DNA of 64,000 nucleotides. Origin: Melioribacteraceae bacterium (lineage in GTDB: Bacteria; Bacteroidota; Ignavibacteria; Ignavibacteriales; Melioribacteraceae). The first letter of the stretch is position 1; each line of letters starts with the position of its first letter. A model generated the notes under the pieces. The model saw nothing but the letters and a program-made list of their open reading frames with translations. It was not told the origin of the DNA and searched no databases. Shown piece by piece: positions 57,609 to 64,000 of this stretch. The stretch spans positions 189,484 to 253,483 of the forward strand of contig DAIMZL010000001.1 of the NCBI GenBank assembly GCA_036733965.1, written 5' to 3'. A program made the position numbers and the translations under genes.

Positions 57609-58589
57609 TTAACCTATTCCCATGTTTTTCCTAACTTCGGACATAGTTGTTTCTGCAACAATTTTAGCTCGTTTTTCGCCGTCCGCAATAACTTCTTTAA
57701 CTTTATCCAAATCCTTCTCAAGTTCATATCGCCTTTCTAATATCGGAGCAAGAAAATCATTCATTTTTGCTGCACATTTTAATTTACAATCAACACAGCC
57801 AAGTGAACCTGACCTACACCCACTTTCTATTTCATTAATTATCTCAGGATTAAAGCGTTGTTGATAATTAAAAATTAAGCATACTTCGGGATGTCCAGGG
57901 TCATTTTTTCTAAGTTTCGCAGGATCCGTTTTTGCTTTTTTTAGTTTTAAAATTACTTCTTCAGGTTTATCACTCAATAAAATTGTATTATTAAGTGATT
58001 TACTCATTTTTGCATTTCCGTCTAATCCCATTAATCTTGAAAATTTTGTTAATACAGGTTCAGGTTCTGGAAATGTTAAGCCATATTGGTTGTTAAATTT
58101 TCTTGCAAGTTCACGTGTAATTTCAACATGAGGAACTTGGTCATCTCCAACGGGAACGGCAACTCCTTTATAAAGTAATATATCTGCAGCTTGTAACACG
58201 GGGTATCCTAAATGTCCGTATGTAACATTTTCTAAATCTAAGTCTCTTACTTGATCCTTTAATGTCGGATTTCTTTCTAAACGAGCAGATGTAATTAACA
58301 TAGAAAAAATTAAAAAAAGTTCTGTATGTTCTTTAATTGCAGACTGACGAAAGATCGGACTTTTAACCGGATCTAATCCGGAAGCAAGCCAATCGATTAC
58401 CATTTCAATTGTATTATTATAAACATCAGCACACTCTAACGATGTTGTTAATACATGATAATCCGCTATTAGATGAAAACTTTCATACTCATCTTGAAGT
58501 TTAATCCAATTTTCCAAAGCTCCCACATAATGACCGATGTGTAATTTGCCGGTAGGACGCATTCCGCTTAATATTCTTTTTTTAGCCAT
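57609..58589 (-). CDS. trpS: Tryptophan--tRNA ligase
   Basis: The class I HIGH motif (GKLHIGHY) and KMSKS are both present. Confidence 0.95.
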   Translation of the reverse strand: MAKKRILSGMRPTGKLHIGHYVGALENWIKLQDEYESFHLIADYHVLTTSLECADVYNNTIEMVIDWLASGLDPVKSPIFRQSAIKEHTELFLIFSMLITSARLERNPTLKDQVRDLDLENVTYGHLGYPVLQAADILLYKGVAVPVGDDQVPHVEITRELARKFNNQYGLTFPEPEPVLTKFSRLMGLDGNAKMSKSLNNTILLSDKPEEVILKLKKAKTDPAKLRKNDPGHPEVCLIFNYQQRFNPEIINEIESGCRSGSLGCVDCKLKCAAKMNDFLAPILERRYELEKDLDKVKEVIADGEKRAKIVAETTMSEVRKNMGIG

Positions 58590-58713
58590 AATTCACAAAA
58601 TAATTTTTAAATAAACTTAAATTTAACAAATTTTTATGATTCTTGTAAGTCTATTTATTAATTAATTTTAATAATTAGCAAAAAGACCTTAAAAAGTTGA
58701 ATAATTGATTTAT

Positions 58714-59199
58714 TTATTTAACAAATAAATAGGGCTTCCACTGCTCGCTTACTCTGCCGCAACTATTTATTAAAAATGTAAGATGGGTTGGTTTAAATGG
58801 TTTAATTTTAAGTTTCATATCAGCTTCTTCGGGTGTTCTATCCCCTTTTTTGTTGTTGCATTTAATACAAGCCGTAACTAAATTCTCCCAATCGTCTAAT
58901 CCGCCTCTTGATTTTGGTTTAATATGGTCTATAGTTAATTGCAAATCGCTTCGTCCACAATAAGCGCATTTATAGTTATCTCTTCTTAATACATTTTTTC
59001 TTGTTAAATATACTTTTTTGTATGGTCTATTAACAAAGTAATTTAATTTGATTATACTTGGCAGCGGAAAATCTTTTTCTACCGAATTAATTGATTTTTT
59101 ATCGTTTGGAGCTAACATTACTGCTTTGTTAAGTATTATTAATATTAATGCTTTTTTTGCCGAACAAATTGATAAAGGTTCAAACGTCTGATTTAACAC
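58714..59199 (-). CDS. Stand-alone HNH endonuclease-family protein
   Basis: CAYCG...IDHIKPKSRGG...NLVTACIKCNNKKG HNH/zinc-finger core. N-terminal (V)LNQTFEPL segment typical of a widespread ~160-aa HNH family. GTG start. Confidence 0.75.
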   Translation of the reverse strand: MLNQTFEPLSICSAKKALILIILNKAVMLAPNDKKSINSVEKDFPLPSIIKLNYFVNRPYKKVYLTRKNVLRRDNYKCAYCGRSDLQLTIDHIKPKSRGGLDDWENLVTACIKCNNKKGDRTPEEADMKLKIKPFKPTHLTFLINSCGRVSEQWKPYLFVK

Positions 59200-59265
59200 T
59201 AAAACTTTTGCATTTAGTGCATTTCCGTTATTATTCGGTTTTTCGAAGATTTACCTCACTATAAT

Positions 59266-60360
59266 TTATTTGTTTATTAATCCGCCTGCAAGTACATAAC
59301 CATCTTTATCATAAATTACTAACGACTGTCCCGGTGTTATAGATAGCTTTGGCTCTAAAAATTCCAACACTATTTCTTCTTCAGTGCTTAAAATAACTTT
59401 TGCTTTAGTAACTACATCTTTATACCGTATTTTTGCAAAAACTGTTTCTTCTTTATTTAATAAAGCAGTACTTACATAATTTATTTCATTTGCAGTAACT
59501 TTAGCGGCAAGTAAATCCTCTTTATCTCCGACAAATATCTTATTGTTTTGAAAGTCTATTTCTGTTACATACGCCGGTTTTCCAAAAGTAACTCCAAGCC
59601 CTTTTCGTTGTCCGATTGTATAAAACGGAATTCCTTTATGTTTCCCTACAACTTTTCCCTTATATACTAAATCTCCTTCCTTAATCTGTTTAATTATTTC
59701 AGGTGATCGTTCATTTAAAAATCTGTGGTAGTTATTATCTGCTACAAAACAGATTTCTTGGCTGTCCGGTTTTTTTGCCGTTCTTAATTTGTATTTATCA
59801 GCAAGGGTTCTAACTTCCTCTTTTGTAAAATCGGCAAGAGGAAAAATTGTTCTACTTAAACTTTCTTGAGTTAATCCCCATAATGCATATGATTGATCTT
59901 TATTGCTATCAAGACCTGTTTTTAATTTATATCTTCCGTGTTGTTCATCGAAAACTACTTTTGCATAATGTCCGGTTGCAACATATTTTGCATCTAAGCT
60001 ATCTGCTTTTAAAAGTAATTCTTCCCATTTTATTTTTCTGTTACAAATTACACACGGATTCGGAGTTCTTCCTTTTAAATATTCGTCAACAAAATTATCA
60101 ATAACTTCACGTTCAAAACTCTCTGTAAAATCAAATGTATAATGTGGAATTCCCAACTTGTTGGCTACGCTTTTGGCATCAAAAATTGCATCTAACGAGC
60201 AACATCCGCTTTCGTGTTTCGGAGCACCGCCTACTTCCATAAAGCCCCAAGTTTTCATGGTAACGCCAATAACTTCAAATCCTTGTTCTACTAACAATGC
60301 TGCTGCAACTGAAGAATCAACTCCGCCGCTCATGGCAATTATTACTCTTTTATCGTTCAA
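59266..60360 (-). CDS. mnmA: tRNA 2-thiouridine(34) synthase
   Basis: PP-loop AMSGGVDSS and catalytic Cys contexts (NPCVICN, EICF). Confidence 0.95.
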   Translation of the reverse strand: MNDKRVIIAMSGGVDSSVAAALLVEQGFEVIGVTMKTWGFMEVGGAPKHESGCCSLDAIFDAKSVANKLGIPHYTFDFTESFEREVIDNFVDEYLKGRTPNPCVICNRKIKWEELLLKADSLDAKYVATGHYAKVVFDEQHGRYKLKTGLDSNKDQSYALWGLTQESLSRTIFPLADFTKEEVRTLADKYKLRTAKKPDSQEICFVADNNYHRFLNERSPEIIKQIKEGDLVYKGKVVGKHKGIPFYTIGQRKGLGVTFGKPAYVTEIDFQNNKIFVGDKEDLLAAKVTANEINYVSTALLNKEETVFAKIRYKDVVTKAKVILSTEEEIVLEFLEPKLSITPGQSLVIYDKDGYVLAGGLINK

Positions 60361-60400
60361 TTGTATCCTTTCTTTTATTGCTTAAACAACTATTTTGCAA

Positions 60401-60784
60401 TTATGGTTTTAATTTATAAAATAAAACTGCATAACTAACAACATAATTGTCAGAATGACTTAGTGAAATTTGTAAATCCTTCTCTTTTCCTAAAAACTCA
60501 CCCATTTTACCATAAATATTTGTTTTAGGTGTACCGTCCGGTTCATTATATATCTCCATATCCTGCCAACTAAAACCGTTTAATTTACTTGCCGAAAATG
60601 CTTTGATTATAGCTTCTTTAGCGGCAAAACGTGCTGCATAGTGTTGAAATTTGTTTTTTTTAGACTCACAATATTCTATTTCCGTCTTAGTAAAAATTTT
60701 GTTAATAAATAAATTACCAAATCGATCAATACTTTTTGTTATTCTGTCAATTTCAATTATGTCAATTCCTACACCTATAATCAT
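60401..60784 (-). CDS. acpS: Holo-ACP synthase
   Basis: The MIIGVGIDIIEIDRI N-terminus and FAAKEA motif. Start trimmed to the ATG at 60784, 1 nt after the ggt stop. The supplied ORF start (60874) would overlap ggt by 89 nt. Confidence 0.85.
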   Translation of the reverse strand: MIIGVGIDIIEIDRITKSIDRFGNLFINKIFTKTEIEYCESKKNKFQHYAARFAAKEAIIKAFSASKLNGFSWQDMEIYNEPDGTPKTNIYGKMGEFLGKEKDLQISLSHSDNYVVSYAVLFYKLKP

Positions 60785-60785
60785 T

Positions 60786-62468
60786 TTAGTATCCCATCGC
60801 TTTGCCGAATCCTCTTGGATCTGTGGCACCAAAAAACATTTGACTTTTATAATCGTACATAATTCCTTCAGCACGTCCTAAAGATGTTTCTTCACCAAAT
60901 TTATGTCCCATTGATTTTAGAATAAGTTCAACATCTTTAACTATTGAACGAGGTTCATACTCTATTAAATCCGGAAACCACTGGTGATGTATCCTTGGAG
61001 CATCAATTGCTTCACTAATGTTCATATCAAATTCTAAAACATTTAATAAAACCTGCAAAACAACAGTTATTATTGTAGAGCCTCCGGGTGAACCAATCGA
61101 TAAAAATGGTTTATTATCTTTTAGAACAATTGTAGGAGTCATTGAACTTAGCATCCTTTTACCGGGTTGAATTGAATTTGCTTCATTACCCAAAAGACCA
61201 AATTGATTTGGTTCTCCCGGTTTCGCACTAAAATCATCCATTTCGTTATTCATTAAAAAACCTGCACCTTCCACAAGCATTTTATTCCCATAGGATGAAT
61301 TTAATGTTACTGTAGCACTTACAACAATTCCGTTTTTATCCATCACGTTATAATGAGTAGTCTCTTTACTCTCGTTATCGCTAAAAGTGCCAGGTAAAAT
61401 ATTTTCTGAACTTGTTGCAGTGTTATTAATTTTATGAAAAATTTCAGCCGCATAATTTTTGGATAGCAACTTATCTTTTGGAACCTTAACAAAATCTTCG
61501 TCTCCTAAGAATTTAGATCTATCGGCATAAACATACTTTAGGGTTTCAATTAACTTATGGTCATAACTGCTGCTTCCCCAATCCGGTTTGTCAATTTTGA
61601 AGTTTGATAAAATGTTTAATGCCTGATTTAATGCAATACCTCCTGAGGACGGCGGAGGCATAGAAACGATAGTATATCCTTTGTATTCACCTATTATAGG
61701 GTTCCTTTCAATCGGTTTATACATTAATAAATCTTCTATTGAAAAACATCCTTTATATTTTTCGGATTGCTTAACTAATAATTCGGCTGTTTCTCCTTCG
61801 TAAAATCCAGAAATCCCTTTTTCTTTTATCAATCTTAAAGTCTTTGCTAAATCTTTTTGAATAAGCAAAAAATCTTCATTTATTTTTTTTCCGTTATCCG
61901 TAAAAATATTTTTAGAATATTCGTTTTTATTAAAAGATTCATTGTACTGGTTAATAGAGTTAGCTAATCTGTACCCGACTTTAATTCCGTTTTCTGCCAA
62001 ATCAATAGCCGGTTGAATTACTTCGCTTAACGGGAGTGATCCGTACTTCTCTAATGCATAAATTAATCCGGCAACCGATCCGGGTATACCGCTGGATGTC
62101 ATTCCTGTTTGACTTAACTTTTTAATAAAATTTCCGTTTTCATCTAAAAACATATCTTTGTGAGCTTTTAGAGGTGCTTTTTCTCTAAAATCAATAGTCG
62201 TATTTTCACCGTTCGGCAAATGAATTACGAAAAACCCGCCACCGCCTATGTTTCCTGCTGCAGGATAAGTAACGGCTAATGCAAAACCAACTGCTACGGC
62301 AGCATCTACTGCATTGCCTCCTTTTTTCAATATTTCAACGCCTACTTCGGTTGCAAAAGAACTTGCGGAAACAACCATTCCGTTTTTCCCTCTTTCCGGT
62401 TCTACCGCCGCACTTATTGTTATTGTTATTATTAAAAATATACAGAGTACTTTAGAATAAATCGACAT
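60786..62468 (-). CDS. ggt: Gamma-glutamyltransferase
   Basis: Signal peptide, autoprocessing nucleophile context ETTHYNV, and GSPGGS and PRG motifs. Confidence 0.92.
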   Translation of the reverse strand: MSIYSKVLCIFLIITITISAAVEPERGKNGMVVSASSFATEVGVEILKKGGNAVDAAVAVGFALAVTYPAAGNIGGGGFFVIHLPNGENTTIDFREKAPLKAHKDMFLDENGNFIKKLSQTGMTSSGIPGSVAGLIYALEKYGSLPLSEVIQPAIDLAENGIKVGYRLANSINQYNESFNKNEYSKNIFTDNGKKINEDFLLIQKDLAKTLRLIKEKGISGFYEGETAELLVKQSEKYKGCFSIEDLLMYKPIERNPIIGEYKGYTIVSMPPPSSGGIALNQALNILSNFKIDKPDWGSSSYDHKLIETLKYVYADRSKFLGDEDFVKVPKDKLLSKNYAAEIFHKINNTATSSENILPGTFSDNESKETTHYNVMDKNGIVVSATVTLNSSYGNKMLVEGAGFLMNNEMDDFSAKPGEPNQFGLLGNEANSIQPGKRMLSSMTPTIVLKDNKPFLSIGSPGGSTIITVVLQVLLNVLEFDMNISEAIDAPRIHHQWFPDLIEYEPRSIVKDVELILKSMGHKFGEETSLGRAEGIMYDYKSQMFFGATDPRGFGKAMGY

Positions 62469-63375
62469 TTAATCCTTTTCCTTTCAATTGGCTATTCAAC
62501 TCATCAATTAATAAATCAATTTTTTCAAGTGTATCAAGAAGTTTTTTATACGTATCTTCATCATAAAGAAGTTTACCGATATTATTCTTTTTGGCTGTTG
62601 TTTCGTCACTAATTTTATTTAATTTAACCATTAAACTATCAGAATTTTTTAATAGCTTATTCAAATTTTCAATGGATTTGCTGATTTCTTTATCATTATT
62701 CGAAATAAAATTATCGGTATTTTTTACTAATTTATTACTGTTTTCAATTAATGTTGCTATATTATCTTTATTAATATTTATTAATGAATTTATTTTTTGT
62801 AACATCTGTCTTGCTTCAACAATTGTTGACTTCAAGTTTGTTTTTAATTCTGCGTCTGTTAAAACCCCGTTAATATTATCAAGCGAAACTTTAACATCTT
62901 TAATAATAGTAACTAATTCGTCCTGAACCGAACCTAAAGCTGCCATTGCTGTTGAAACATCTCCGGCAAAAGTCCCCTTTTGCGTTTCATTAAAATTCAT
63001 ATATTGATCTGAATAGCCGTTTGTAATTTCAACTTTCTTGCCCCCCATTAAATCTAACATCATTATGCTAAATGTTGCGTCCTTTGTAAGTTTTACAGGT
63101 GAGTCAAAAGTTAAATGTACAAGGATAGAATTTTTTTCTAATTTAATATTAGTAACTAAACCTTTTTTTACTCCGTTAATATAAACACCGTCACCAACAT
63201 TTAACCCTGCTACCGAGTTAAATTCGACTGCTAAAGGTTTGGTTTCGCTAAATAAAAATGAGTTTTTAGCCCAACCGATAATCCAAAGGGTAATTAATAT
63301 ACCTAAAAATACAGTTAGACCAACCTTTAATTCGGTTTTTTTATTATCTCTCATCTTCATTTTCCTGGTTATCAT
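62452..63375 (-). CDS. MlaD/MCE-domain protein with long C-terminal coiled coil
   Basis: N-terminal TM, then an MCE fold region (AGLNVGDGVYINGVKKGLVTNI). Confidence 0.7.
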   Translation of the reverse strand: MITRKMKMRDNKKTELKVGLTVFLGILITLWIIGWAKNSFLFSETKPLAVEFNSVAGLNVGDGVYINGVKKGLVTNIKLEKNSILVHLTFDSPVKLTKDATFSIMMLDLMGGKKVEITNGYSDQYMNFNETQKGTFAGDVSTAMAALGSVQDELVTIIKDVKVSLDNINGVLTDAELKTNLKSTIVEARQMLQKINSLININKDNIATLIENSNKLVKNTDNFISNNDKEISKSIENLNKLLKNSDSLMVKLNKISDETTAKKNNIGKLLYDEDTYKKLLDTLEKIDLLIDELNSQLKGKGLNVDLF

Positions 63376-64000
63376 TATTATCTAAGATTTTTATTAAAAT
63401 CTTATTTATTCTTTTATTTTCAACTTCTTTTACTGTGAAATTTATGCCGTTATAATCAAATGTCAATCCGACTTCCGGAATTGTTCCCGTGTGAGTAAAA
63501 ATAAAACCACCTACAGTGTCATAATCATCGGTCTCGGAAGAAAGATCAATTTCAAGTAATTCGTTAATTTCTGATATTGGCACTTTACCAAGAACTTCAT
63601 ACGAGTTTTCGGATAATTTAATTATTTCTGTTTCTTCTTTATCGTATTCATCTTTAATATCTCCGACAATTTCTTCAAGTATATCTTCTAAAGATACAAG
63701 ACCGGCTGTTCCTCCGTATTCATCAACAACAATTCCGACATGCATATTTTTACTCTGAAATTCATGCATTAAATCACTAATAATTTTTGATTCGGGAATA
63801 AACATAGGTTTGCGAGCAATTTTTACAAGCGATATTTCTTCTCTAATTTTTTTATCGGTTAAATATGGAAGTAAATCTTTTGCATAAATGATTCCGATAA
63901 TATTATCCAAGTTCCCTTCAAAAAGAGGAATTCTACTATGACCGGATTCTGTAATTAAATTTATCACTTCTTCAAAAGTAAATTCTGTTGAAATTGCGGC
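63344..64000 (-). CDS. CNNM/CorC-HlyC family transporter, C-terminal part (CBS pair plus CorC_HlyC domain; 5' end outside the window)
   Basis: The frame stays open to the window edge (AAISTEFTFEEVINLITESGHSRIPLF). It contains VVDEYGGTAGLVSLEDILEEIVG and a transporter-associated tail. Confidence 0.8.
   Translation of the reverse strand, partial: AAISTEFTFEEVINLITESGHSRIPLFEGNLDNIIGIIYAKDLLPYLTDKKIREEISLVKIARKPMFIPESKIISDLMHEFQSKNMHVGIVVDEYGGTAGLVSLEDILEEIVGDIKDEYDKEETEIIKLSENSYEVLGKVPISEINELLEIDLSSETDDYDTVGGFIFTHTGTIPEVGLTFDYNGINFTVKEVENKRINKILIKILDNNDNQENEDER

Noticed and set aside
58714-59199. HNH gene as part of a restriction-modification or defence island
   Set aside because: There is no adjacent methyltransferase, ATPase, helicase or immunity gene. 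The flanks are trpS and mnmA, and the protein resembles a widespread stand-alone HNH family. It is kept only as a low-interest oddity.
60785-60874. 30-codon N-terminal extension of the acpS ORF
   Set aside because: It would overlap the ggt 3' end by 89 nt. The canonical AcpS N-terminus MIIGVGIDI starts at 60784, right after the ggt stop.
1-64000. CRISPR arrays, IS elements, prophage or toxin-antitoxin pairs
   Set aside because: I saw no regularly spaced direct repeats, no transposase or phage-like ORFs, and no non-coding stretch longer than about 185 nt that could host an array.

Overview
This is a visibly AT-rich, very densely coded bacterial chromosome segment. I call about 70 protein genes and one tRNA-Pro(GGG). 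I see no rRNA, CRISPR array, transposase, phage genes or obvious defence island. Several families suggest an FCB-superphylum organism (Bacteroidota/Ignavibacteriota-like): a T9SS-type C-terminal sorting domain on a 1411-aa S8 protease, DUF5683 after parB, the folP-cdaA pair, DUF3109 and DUF3108. That placement is inference only.

Left arm (1-32859, 35 of 38 CDS on +):
- nagA (partial), folP, cdaA, GT2, CHAD, an MBL hydrolase, parA, parB, aroQ
- an operon-like fni / polyprenyl synthase / ptsH / ptsI / PGI-PMI block
- the classical yceD-rpmF-plsX-fabH-fabD-(DUF3109)-fabG-acpP-fabF-rnc cluster
- tRNA-Pro, purF, the giant protease and ftsY

Right arm (32978-64000, all 32 CDS on -):
- ClC channel, hbd, thiolase, PSP1, holB, an M23 peptidase, hprK, hpf, xerC, topA, smg, ybeY
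- an envelope cluster (DUF3108, S41 protease, outer-membrane protein, GT2)
- lysS, dacB, rluB, scpB, scpA, trpS, an HNH protein, mnmA, acpS, ggt, an MlaD-like protein and a CorC-type transporter (partial)

The most interesting signal is not a gene. The two arms converge on a 118-bp gap that holds a 28-bp sequence closely matching known dif (XerC/D) sites. It sits inside a 14-bp perfect palindrome, so the window probably spans the replication terminus. I did not find a convincing novel multi-gene system. The remaining findings are modest oddities of context or architecture, graded accordingly. All protein calls rest on motif recognition by eye; no database search was possible.
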